Below are positions 39,136 to 48,800 of a stretch of DNA of 64,000 nucleotides, piece by piece. Numbering within the stretch: position 1 is the stretch's first letter; each line of letters opens with the position of its first letter. This DNA comes from an uncultured Bacilli bacterium (lineage in GTDB: Bacteria > Bacillota_I > Bacilli_A > RF39 > UBA660), in the NCBI GenBank assembly GCA_947629655.1, contig CANREL010000004.1:13577-77576 (forward strand), read 5' to 3'. The notes below the pieces were generated by a model. It did not search any database. It saw only the letters and a program-made list of their open reading frames with translations, and was not told where the DNA came from. The position numbers and the translations under genes were made by a program.

Positions 39136-39975
39136 ATGAATAAAAAGAGAATAATTGGATTAGTAATAATGGTGTTGGGAAGTATTTGTATATTGAGTTC
39201 TGTTTTCATGATGGTGATCAATTTTTCAAAAGATGACAATACTCCAAAAGATAATGATGAAAGTAATGAAGAAACAACAGAATCAAAACATACTAAAGAA
39301 GTGAAAGAAAATATTGAAAACATCTTTTTAAACGATGATACATCTAGTGATAAAATTGAAGAAATAACAGGTAAAGAAGTGCGTTTTGACTATGTCGTTT
39401 TAGGTAGTGATAGCTATCTTCGCAGTAGACCTACGAGTGAAGTCATCGCTAGTGAAAAACTTGATGATTATGTCACTAAACAAGATGAATATGCTAAAAA
39501 AGTGGAAAAAAATTATAGAGATAATACTGAATATGTCATCGTTGAAGGTGATGATAAAAATTTGAATTTTCAAGTTACACCATGGTATTTCGCTCTATAT
39601 TCTAGTGATTTATCCAGTTTAAAAAATAAATTATTAGAGATGGCTAATGTCGATTTGAGTTTAATTGATACTGATTATTCTAAATATTCTATTTATGAAT
39701 ATAAAGCTCGCGTTAAAGCAATGATAATTTTAGATAGTTATTTAAATAATTATAAAAATGATAATGAAAATATTGATTTCGTATTCTATTACGAAAATGA
39801 TAAACCAGCACCTGATCAATATCTCAACTTGTATTATAATTTAATCGGTTCTACTTCTAAGTACATGACTAATAATGAAGAACAATTAAAAGTACAAGTT
39901 ACAAGAGTAAATGATTATCTCAATCAAGCTATTGAAAATGGTTTAATTGATAAAAATGATGTTTTAGGATTGTAG
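39136..39975 (+). CDS. N-terminally anchored hypothetical protein, tandem paralog 2
   Basis: Same architecture as 38295-39122. A 63-aa block is 44/63 identical by my hand alignment. Confidence 0.6.
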   Translation: MNKKRIIGLVIMVLGSICILSSVFMMVINFSKDDNTPKDNDESNEETTESKHTKEVKENIENIFLNDDTSSDKIEEITGKEVRFDYVVLGSDSYLRSRPTSEVIASEKLDDYVTKQDEYAKKVEKNYRDNTEYVIVEGDDKNLNFQVTPWYFALYSSDLSSLKNKLLEMANVDLSLIDTDYSKYSIYEYKARVKAMIILDSYLNNYKNDNENIDFVFYYENDKPAPDQYLNLYYNLIGSTSKYMTNNEEQLKVQVTRVNDYLNQAIENGLIDKNDVLGL

Positions 39976-39982
39976 TTTTTTT

Positions 39983-40006
39983 AAGAGAATTTTTATTCTC
40001 TTTTTC
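39983..40006 (+). terminator. rho-independent terminator
   Basis: Hairpin aagagaat/tttt/attctctt followed by a T-run. Confidence 0.7.
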
Positions 40007-40029
40007 TTATTTTAAAATATCTATTACTA

Positions 40030-40038
40030 TGTTATAAT
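40030..40038 (+). promoter_or_regulatory. putative extended -10 element of the tad operon
   Basis: TGtTATAAT lies 31 nt upstream of the ATG at 40070. The RBS GGAAGG lies between them. Confidence 0.4.
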
Positions 40039-40069
40039 TATATTGATAATAATAGGAAGGGTTGATTTG

Positions 40070-40426
40070 ATGAAAAATAAGCAAAGTGGTCAAGCATTAA
40101 TAGAATTTGTCATTATTTTACCAGTTGTGATCTTGCTTATTTTTTCTTTTGTAGATTTGGGTAGAATTGTTTTAGAAAATAATAGATTAGAGAATTTAAC
40201 TACGAGTGTTATTGAAAAATATAATGAGACTAAAAAATATGATGATGTCATTTCTTATATCGATTCATTAGGATATGAAAAAGTTGATTTATCTATTTCT
40301 GCACATGATGATATGTTGACGATTAAACTCACTGAAAAAATTGACTTAGTTACGCCAGGACTTTCAAAAATCATGGGTGATCCTTATAAAGTTGAAGTAG
40401 AGAGAGTTGTTAAATATGAAAAATGA
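40070..40426 (+). CDS. TadE-like pseudopilin
   Basis: N-terminus MKNKQSGQALIEFVIILPVVILLIF matches the TadE-type hydrophobic segment (G/xxxxE[FY]). I prefer the ATG at 40070 over the track start at 40043. Confidence 0.65.
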   Translation: MKNKQSGQALIEFVIILPVVILLIFSFVDLGRIVLENNRLENLTTSVIEKYNETKKYDDVISYIDSLGYEKVDLSISAHDDMLTIKLTEKIDLVTPGLSKIMGDPYKVEVERVVKYEK

Positions 40427-41192
40427 AAAAGGTCAAGTATTAGTTCTTTTCATAATGATTTTACCACTTCTATTATTAGGAGGAGCGTGTATCGTTGATT
40501 CTTCTTATATGTTATATCAAAAAAATCGTTTAGATAATATAAATCGTGATGTTTTGAATAGTGTCAATAATAGTTCTTCTTTGAGTGAAGAAGTAATTGA
40601 TGAAATAATTAGAGAAAATGATGCGAAAATTGTCAATGATGAGATATCGATTGATGAGAAAATTGTGATTAAAAATCATGTGATGGTCGATAGCCTATTT
40701 GGAAAGATAATAGGTATTGATAAATATAGAGTCAATTCAGAAGTCAGTGTAAAAGCTAAGAGATTGATATTAGATATCGATAGTTTAAAGAATATTGATA
40801 ATACTGGTAATTATTCAGTTATCAATAATAATGTCATTTATGATGGAGGATTAGTTTTTAAAGATTCTGATTTGGTGATTAATAATTTTAATATGAATGG
40901 TGACTTTGAGATAAATATTTCTTTTTCATTTGAAAAAAATGGTAATTTATTAGAATTCAATAATCTTTTGATAAATATTAGTAATGATGAATTATTCATA
41001 AATGGAAAAAGAGTTACTAGTTTAAAAATTGGTGAAAAATATGATTTAGTCATAACTAAAGATCGAGTTGTATTAAATGGTGATAGTTCAGTATCTTCTA
41101 ATGATATTGACAATTATTCTGGTGATTTGATCATTGGTAAGGGATTCAGTGGAAAAATAGAATTCATAAAAATATATAATATTGGAAATTAG
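40416..41192 (+). CDS. TadG/TadF-like pseudopilin with a C-terminal LamG-like (concanavalin-type) domain
   Basis: N-terminus MKNEKGQVLVLFIMILPLLLLGGACIVD. The C-terminus ends LIIGKGFSGKIEFIKIYN, which resembles the F-x-G-x-I-D-E-V-R-I-Y-N signature of LamG-like domains. Confidence 0.5.
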   Translation: MKNEKGQVLVLFIMILPLLLLGGACIVDSSYMLYQKNRLDNINRDVLNSVNNSSSLSEEVIDEIIRENDAKIVNDEISIDEKIVIKNHVMVDSLFGKIIGIDKYRVNSEVSVKAKRLILDIDSLKNIDNTGNYSVINNNVIYDGGLVFKDSDLVINNFNMNGDFEINISFSFEKNGNLLEFNNLLINISNDELFINGKRVTSLKIGEKYDLVITKDRVVLNGDSSVSSNDIDNYSGDLIIGKGFSGKIEFIKIYNIGN

Positions 41193-41200
41193 GTGAAAAT

Positions 41201-41974
41201 ATGGAAAGTAAAAAAGGTAAAATTCTTACGATTACATCAATGAAGGGTGGAGTTGGAAAAACGATGGTGACGATGCTTCTAGCTAATGTTTTTTCGAAAT
41301 GTGGTAAAAAAGTATTAGTTGTCGATTTGGATTTATACAATGGTAATTTAGCTTTTGCTTATAAAACTAGAGTAAAAAGTTCTATCTATAATTTGTGTGA
41401 TGACATAGCTAATAATCGTTTAGTCAATGGAATAACATCTGAATACGTTTCAAAGATAAGTGATAATTTATACTTTATCGCGGCACCTAAGGATCCACGT
41501 CAAGCTAATAAGATTGATAATAAATATCTCGATAGCATTTTGAAATCATTATCTTTTTTATACGATGTCATTTTAATCGATACTAATCATATATTAAGTG
41601 TTTCTAACATGGTCGCTTTTGAAAACAGTTATAAGATTGTTGACCTTGTCACCAATGACAGCTTTGATTTACAGAGTACGAAGAGTTTTGTGGCCATCTG
41701 TAAGAACATGGGTGTTGACAATTTAGTTTTGATGTTAAATAACGCCATTGATTCACGAAGAGGTTACTATACGACTTATGACATGAAAAATATTACGAAG
41801 AAGAATATTGATTATACAATTCCAAGCGCTTTCTATTTAAAGAATTTTGATCAGTTGGTAATGGATGGTAAGATTGGTTTCTTTGATGAATATTTAAAGG
41901 GTGAAGCTAAAAAGAGTTTGGAAGATTTTGCTGGTCACATGTTAAGTCTCATTGATGATGGAGGTAAGGAATAA
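41201..41974 (+). CDS. TadZ/CpaE-like ParA/MinD-family ATPase
   Basis: Deviant Walker A motif SMKGGVGKT and a DTNH Walker B-like motif. It sits immediately upstream of the CpaF ATPase. Confidence 0.7.
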   Translation: MESKKGKILTITSMKGGVGKTMVTMLLANVFSKCGKKVLVVDLDLYNGNLAFAYKTRVKSSIYNLCDDIANNRLVNGITSEYVSKISDNLYFIAAPKDPRQANKIDNKYLDSILKSLSFLYDVILIDTNHILSVSNMVAFENSYKIVDLVTNDSFDLQSTKSFVAICKNMGVDNLVLMLNNAIDSRRGYYTTYDMKNITKKNIDYTIPSAFYLKNFDQLVMDGKIGFFDEYLKGEAKKSLEDFAGHMLSLIDDGGKE

Positions 41975-43359
41975 TGAAGAAATCTAGTTGGTTAGAAGAA
42001 TTTGATGTAGTTGATCTATCTCCTAAAGTTGATACTCATGAATCTGATTATGAAGTGTTTGAAGATAAGAAGTTACTCGACAATTTTAGAAATAGTATCA
42101 TTCAGGAATTGATCGATAGTAATATAAGTGATAATAGTAATTTATCACAATACATAAATGAAGAAATAGACCGCATTACTGATGGATATGATTTGAGTGG
42201 TCAAGAGAGAAATTATCTTTTGAATTTGATTGAAAATGAAGTTAATGGTTATGGACCAATTACGGAGCTTTTGGATGATAAAAACGTTACAGAAATAATG
42301 ATAAATGGTCCAGATGAAATATATATTGAAGTCGATGGTGTTCTATCACGTGATAAAAGTGTTTCTTTTATCAATGCTGATCACATCATTCGAACTGTTC
42401 AAAGAATAATTCAACCCCTTGGTAGAACGATAGATTCCGCAAGTCCGATGGTCGATTCGCGACTTCCTGACGGTTCAAGAATTAATGCGATCATTCCACC
42501 ATTGTCTGTCAAAGGACCAGTGGTGACAATTCGTAAATTTAAAGATGATATCGACAATATCGATTCTCTAATTGGTAATGGAACACTAACACCTTATATG
42601 GCTAGATTTTTAGATGCCTGTGTCGATGCACGATTAAATATTTTGGTCTGTGGTGGTACTGGTAGTGGTAAGACGACACTTCTAAACGTCTTATCAAACT
42701 TTATCGGTAATGAAGAGAGAATAATCACGATTGAGGATGCTGTCGAATTGCGATTAAAACAAGATCATGTCATTTCACTTGAGACTAAAAGTACTAACTA
42801 TGATCAAGAAGGCGAAGTGACAATTCGTGATTTGGTCAGAAACTCATTACGTATGCGACCTGACCGCATAATTGTTGGTGAAGTTCGTGGTAAAGAAGCA
42901 TTTGATATGCTTCAAGCGATGAATACTGGTCATGATGGAAGTTTGACTACGTTGCATGCCAATGGTTGTAGAGACGCTTTAAATAGACTTGAAACGATGA
43001 TTTTAATGGGTGAGTTGGAACTTCCTATCAAAGCTATCCGCGGTTATATAGAAAGCGCAATTGATATCGTCATATCAGTTGAAAGATTGAGTGATGGTAA
43101 GAGAAAAGTTACATCAATATCAGAAATTGTCGGTTTTGATGGGGAAAACATTCAATTAAAAGAAATATTTGGTTTTATTAAACATGGATTGACGGAAAGT
43201 AAAGAGGTAAATGGAGAATTCATCCTATACGATTACGTTCCAGAAGTTTATGAAAAGATTAAGAGTCGTGGTATTAATACCATTGATGACATGTTTGTAA
43301 AAGAGGAAAAAAAGAAAAAAAGTTCAGTTAAAAAAACAACAAAAAAGACTAAAAAGTAG
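41974..43359 (+). CDS. tadA: Tad/Cpa secretion ATPase (TadA/CpaF family)
   Basis: Motifs VTEIMINGPDEIYIE, GGTGSGKTTLLN, RPDRIIVGEVRGKEAFDMLQAMNTGHDGSLTTLHAN. It ends in a K-rich C-terminal tail. Confidence 0.9.
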   Translation: MKKSSWLEEFDVVDLSPKVDTHESDYEVFEDKKLLDNFRNSIIQELIDSNISDNSNLSQYINEEIDRITDGYDLSGQERNYLLNLIENEVNGYGPITELLDDKNVTEIMINGPDEIYIEVDGVLSRDKSVSFINADHIIRTVQRIIQPLGRTIDSASPMVDSRLPDGSRINAIIPPLSVKGPVVTIRKFKDDIDNIDSLIGNGTLTPYMARFLDACVDARLNILVCGGTGSGKTTLLNVLSNFIGNEERIITIEDAVELRLKQDHVISLETKSTNYDQEGEVTIRDLVRNSLRMRPDRIIVGEVRGKEAFDMLQAMNTGHDGSLTTLHANGCRDALNRLETMILMGELELPIKAIRGYIESAIDIVISVERLSDGKRKVTSISEIVGFDGENIQLKEIFGFIKHGLTESKEVNGEFILYDYVPEVYEKIKSRGINTIDDMFVKEEKKKKSSVKKTTKKTKK

Positions 43360-43370
43360 GAAGTGATAAA

Positions 43371-44387
43371 ATGGATACAGCACTTGATATAATCATTTTT
43401 ATAATTCAAGTGATAACAGGATTTGTACTGTTGTACATCGCTTATCGTCTATTCAGATTTTATCGAACAGTAGGGTTTGATAAGCGCTTTGGACCTTATT
43501 CTGTCGAATTGTTAGAAGATGATAGTGAATCGTTTTTTGACATGGTCAGTTATTATTATGACAAAGTACAAAATTATCTTTCAAAGTCTTTGATAAAAAT
43601 AAAAATATTTGATAGTTATAGTAAAAAATATGAAAAGTATAGTTATGGAAAAAGAGTTAATGCGATAGATGATATGAATTATATATCGAAAAAGATATTC
43701 ATTGGTTTACTATGTGTATTTCTACTATTATTCTCTTGTATTTTTAGATATGTACACGTAAGTTTACTATCGATTTTATTAGCTTTCTTAGTAGGTTTTT
43801 TTGCTCTTGATGTCTATTTGATAATTTATGATAGAATGCGAAAAAACAGTATTGAAAAAGATATTAATAAAGCGGTCATCATCATGAATAATGCCTTTAA
43901 ATCAGGTTATAGTATCATGCAGGCAATATACCTTGTCCATACACAAATGGATGGGGCGATAAGTGAAGAATTTAGAAAGATGTACATCGATATTACTTTT
44001 GGGTTGAACATGGAAGTAGTCTTTAATCGTTTCGCTGATCGCGTTGATTGTGTTGAAGCTCGCTACATGGCTACATCTTTAGGTGTTGTCAATAGGACTG
44101 GTGGAAATATCATTCAAGTTTTTGATGCCGTTGAAAGAAATGCTACGACGAGGCAACGATTGAAAGAAGAACTTAGCAGTGTTTCAGCATCGGCTCGTGC
44201 TATGTTTAAGATTTTGGTATGCATTCCAATATTCATAATTGGTATTCTATTGATTTTAAATCCTACTTATTTTGCACCACTATTCAAAACACCAATAGGT
44301 ATTTTGTGTTTGTTATTGAGTGTGATCATATATGTTTTATACATCATCATCATTAGAAAAATTATATATGTGGAGGTTGATTTATGA
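43371..44387 (+). CDS. tadB: TadB-like platform protein (T2SS-F domain)
   Basis: Polytopic protein with a GspF-like cytoplasmic domain (MNNAFKSGYSIMQAIYLV...EEFRKMYIDITFGLNMEVVFNRFADRV). Confidence 0.75.
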   Translation: MDTALDIIIFIIQVITGFVLLYIAYRLFRFYRTVGFDKRFGPYSVELLEDDSESFFDMVSYYYDKVQNYLSKSLIKIKIFDSYSKKYEKYSYGKRVNAIDDMNYISKKIFIGLLCVFLLLFSCIFRYVHVSLLSILLAFLVGFFALDVYLIIYDRMRKNSIEKDINKAVIIMNNAFKSGYSIMQAIYLVHTQMDGAISEEFRKMYIDITFGLNMEVVFNRFADRVDCVEARYMATSLGVVNRTGGNIIQVFDAVERNATTRQRLKEELSSVSASARAMFKILVCIPIFIIGILLILNPTYFAPLFKTPIGILCLLLSVIIYVLYIIIIRKIIYVEVDL

Positions 44388-45097
44388 AAAAGGTAAAGAA
44401 TAAGAAAAGAACTCTTTCACGTAGTATTTTTTCTAAGAGACAAATCGATAGAATTCAAAGAAAAATCGATTTATTAGGTGAAAATAGTAAATTTGATGCG
44501 ATTTTCTTCTTAAATTTGCGCTTTATTTCTTCCATAGTTCTATTTTTAGTGGTATTATATGTATTTGAGTTGGGGTACTTCTTAGCACCACTAATCACGT
44601 TTATTTACTATTATTTAATTTACTATCTTTTAATTGAATACAATATAAATAAGAGATGTGATAAATTAGATGTTGAAGCGATGTATTTTTTTGAAGTTAT
44701 GACTTTGGCATTAGAATCTGGTAATAATTTAAAAAATGCTTTAGATATGACTTGTAGTAATGTGGACAATGAATTGTCTAGAGAATTTCGTAAAGCTCTT
44801 GATGAAGTTGATTACGGAAAGAGTTTGAATGAAGCTTTAGAGAGTTTGAAGCTTAGAATACCTTCGGATACAATTAACAATATTATTTTGAATATCATGC
44901 AATCTAATATTTTTGGTAATAATATAACTAATGATATGTACAATCAATTGGATTACATTAGAGATAGAGAAATTCAAAAAGCTAAGAGTAGAATTAGTAA
45001 AATACCTCTATACGTATCAGTCATTTCAGTCGTATTTTATGTACCTTTGATAATGTTGTTGATTTTATCACCAGTTATAATAGAATTTTTAAGTTAG
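44384..45097 (+). CDS. tadC: TadC-like platform protein (T2SS-F domain)
   Basis: Overlaps tadB by 4 nt. It has a GspF-like domain (LALESGNNLKNALDMT...REFRKALDEVDYGKSLNEALESL). Confidence 0.7.
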   Translation: MKKVKNKKRTLSRSIFSKRQIDRIQRKIDLLGENSKFDAIFFLNLRFISSIVLFLVVLYVFELGYFLAPLITFIYYYLIYYLLIEYNINKRCDKLDVEAMYFFEVMTLALESGNNLKNALDMTCSNVDNELSREFRKALDEVDYGKSLNEALESLKLRIPSDTINNIILNIMQSNIFGNNITNDMYNQLDYIRDREIQKAKSRISKIPLYVSVISVVFYVPLIMLLILSPVIIEFLS

Positions 45098-45108
45098 GAG
45101 ATGTTAAA

Positions 45109-45828
45109 ATGAGTGGACATTCAAAGTGGGCAACTATCCATAGAAAAAAAGGATTATTGGATGCTGAAAGAGGAAAGATTTTCCAAAAGATTGCTAAAGA
45201 ATTATACGTAGCTGCGAAAGGGACAAATGGTAATCCAGATGATAACCCCGGTTTGCGCTTAGTAGTTGAAAAGGCAAAGAGTAATAACATGCCTAAAGAC
45301 AACATTCAAAAAGCGATTGATAAAGCTGTTAAATCAGCTGGTGGTGAAGACTATGAATCAGTTAGATACGAGGGATATGGTCCAAATGGTGTCGCATTCA
45401 TGGTTGATTGCTTAACTGATAATCGCAATAGAACAGCGATGCTTGTCAGATCAACTTTTACTAAACGTGGTGGAAATCTTGGAACTGACGGATCTGTTTC
45501 ATACATGTTTGAAAGACGTGGGGTTATCGTCATCGATAAAACTCTTGAAGAAGATGAAGCAATGATGGTATGCCTAGATAATGGTGCAGATGATTTCATC
45601 GTCAATGATGACAGTTATGAAATATATACGACACCTGATGATTTCATCAAAGTAAAGACAGCTTTAGAAGAAAGTGGTGTCAAAGAGTTTTTAACTAGTG
45701 AGATTACATATGTAGCTAATAATTTAGTTGAACTTGATGAAGAAGCAACAGAAAGAGTCATGGCCTTAGCTGATGCTCTAGATGAAATTGATGACGTTCA
45801 AAACGTATATCATAATTTGAGTATTTAA
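45109..45828 (+). CDS. yebC: YebC/PmpR-family transcriptional regulator
   Basis: Canonical N-terminus MSGHSKWATIHRKK, with family-wide collinearity. Confidence 0.92.
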   Translation: MSGHSKWATIHRKKGLLDAERGKIFQKIAKELYVAAKGTNGNPDDNPGLRLVVEKAKSNNMPKDNIQKAIDKAVKSAGGEDYESVRYEGYGPNGVAFMVDCLTDNRNRTAMLVRSTFTKRGGNLGTDGSVSYMFERRGVIVIDKTLEEDEAMMVCLDNGADDFIVNDDSYEIYTTPDDFIKVKTALEESGVKEFLTSEITYVANNLVELDEEATERVMALADALDEIDDVQNVYHNLSI

Positions 45829-45851
45829 GTAGATTTATATCTACTTTTTTT
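45829..45851 (+). terminator. rho-independent terminator
   Basis: Hairpin gtagat/ttat/atctac followed by T7. Confidence 0.75.
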
Positions 45852-45877
45852 GTATACTATAAAGGGTGGTGATCTAA

Positions 45878-48800
45878 ATGAGCTATATAAAATCTTTTGA
45901 TGAAGAAGAATTTGAATCTTTAAAAGAGTATTGTCAAAAATATAGTTCTCAATATGGACTCAGTGCTCATGTCATGGAGTTATTAGATGAGAATGGACTT
46001 TATTATTTGAATAAATTTGTCAATGATGATGAAGATTTTGATGAACGTGATTTTGATACTTTAATAAGAGCTTTCTTTGATGGTTTTGATTTTTATTATG
46101 ATCGTTTAGATGATAATTATTTATTAGCGGCTAAAGAAAAATTAGAAGAGACTTTTTCATTCTTTGAAGATAGTCATTTAGATGATGAACACAAAAGTGA
46201 AATTGTCGATAATTTTTTTGAAATACTATCGAGTTATACGCGTGAAGAGTTGAGTGATAGTAAAGCTTTATACTATTTATTGACTTCTGATGTTTTTAGA
46301 AGGAGCAACATGGTTAAAGAATATTTGTACAATTCTTATAATTCGGTTGCTACTAGTAAAGAAAAGTTGGTCTTTTTTGTCAAAAATCTATATGATTTAT
46401 TGAACAAATTACCATATGAAGATGCTCACAAAGTCGATTATATATTTTTGAGTAGTTCTGATGCCTTCACTTATTTTTTAGATGTACCTGAAGAGATGAA
46501 TATCTTTTTTAATGAGAGAATTTTATCAAAATTTGGAAAAGAGACCTTGAGCTTTCTATTCAGAATGTCAGATTATTCTGTCTTCAGCAGTTTTTGTAGA
46601 TCTGATGATAAGTTTTTGTCTGTCGTAGCAGCTATGAATGAATACGTATTAAAAAAATATAATAAAAATTCTTATTTCTTTGATGGAGTTTTTAAATTTT
46701 TTAACAGATTTGAGAAAAAAGATATTAGAGCTAGAAAAATAATCATTGATCTATTCTCTGAATATTATGACAAATATTTTGAAGAAAGTAAAAAGAATGG
46801 TTTTGAAAACGATGAGATTTTTAATAATTTATTGGGATTAATTCTGCAACATCGTGATGTAATATATTTTTTGAATGAAAAAAATATTGAAAATTTAGAT
46901 GATTTCTTTAAAGCGACGAGAGAGAAAATAGATGAATTACACACGACTATATTTGGTAAGGAAGGTTTGGTCAAGTTTAAATATGGTGTCTTTGATCCAA
47001 AAAAAGATTTTCCACCTTTTGAGATGCGAGTACAGGGACTACACGATTTGAAAAATGCTTTCTTGCAAAGAGTTTATGGAATAACTTATGAAGATGCCTT
47101 TTATATCGCGTCAAAATATGGAACTTTTATCGAGCTATGTCAAGATGAAATAGCGGATGAAGATCGTGATGTTTATGAGATAGTTAAGACGATAACCGAT
47201 GTCGCTAATATGATTGATTACAATGGTAATAAAATAAATAATATTAGATTAGCTGCCCATGAATTTATTAAGAATAAGGGACTTTATAATTATAATAATG
47301 GGTCTTGTTATCCGATTCTATTATCATTGATTAATCGCATGTACATGCATGCATATAATGATTGTGTCTTTAAAGTTGATGAAAATTCTAAAGTTTTATA
47401 TCGTCAAAGAAAAGTTCCTGTAATTGATGCAGGAGTTAATTTCAACATGATTGTAAGTTCTATCAATGCTGTTGATGAGTTTTATACCAGTCGTGATAAC
47501 ATGATGGAGAAGTACAACATATCGAGTCGTTCCAATAATCAAGGAATTTGTGCAAGTTTTATCAATAATGAAAGTTTAGGAGTCATATCTTTACGCCAAC
47601 CATTAATTGGGTATGCCAATTTAGCTGATGACAGTTTGGATGCGATGGGAGTTGGTGATATATATTCCAAAACGATTGATTTAGATTTGTTGAGAGCTAA
47701 TTCTACAACTGGTGAGGGAAATTATTTCTTCACTCCTAAAAAATATATCGATTATACAAGATTTGGATATAACGAAATGGTCGTTGATCGCTTTTTGGTC
47801 AAAGATGATGACGATGCGATAAAAGTTCAACCGAGTTACATAGTTGTCTATAAAATAGATGACAATTATAAAAAGACTAGAATGTATAAAAAAGGAATAA
47901 GAATGGCTAGAGATTTTGGTGTTCCACTAGTCTTAGTTGACGTTCCAAAAGTTAAAGAAAATGAACGTGATATCATTCTTCAAAAAGAAAAAGAATTATT
48001 CAAAAGTAGTAAAGTCGATAAGGAATTATTAAATGAAATAGTAACGCGTTATATGAATAATTACAGTGGATCTTTAACGATTATGCGAAGTCGAAATCGC
48101 CGTGGAAATGAATGGCACTATCCAAAGGATTTCTCTGTGCGTGGTTTGACGAGATTTTTAGATAAAGTGGCTCGAAAGTTTGAAGATTTTGATGAAGCAC
48201 AAATAGAAGAGTGGAGTCAAGCTTTGAACGAAGTTTATAATTTAGAAAAAGAAAAGAACAAAATGGCTTTACAAATAAATGATTATGAGGATTCATTGAG
48301 TGGTGGAGAATTTTTACTCGATGATAAGATCATGTTTTCAGAATTTGTTCAAAATATCAAAGATCGCAATATCAATCGTCTTCTTCTCAGAAAGGGCATG
48401 TTTGATCAAGATAAATATTTACACATACCAGATGTCAAAGTACCAAGTGATGTCCAATTGATTGTCGATTTAGCAAACTTATTGTGTAAGAGTAAAGTTT
48501 ATGCCAATGTCAGTGGTCACAATGGGGAAAATATTTATCAGACGAAGAAGACTTATGATTATAGTGAAGAAGAAAAAAATGCTTATGGTCTCGTAATTTC
48601 TTATTTACTTGGGGACTATAGTACTAATTATTTTGCTAATCTCGATACTTGTGATATTACAAATATCAAAATTGATGAAAATATCCAACGCGTTGAGAGG
48701 TGCCTAGATGGCAATGATGCTTTTTCTAATCAGAATATCGATACAGAATTGTTATTAAAAGTTGCTACAGATATTGAAGATCTACCAACGGCAATCTTTT

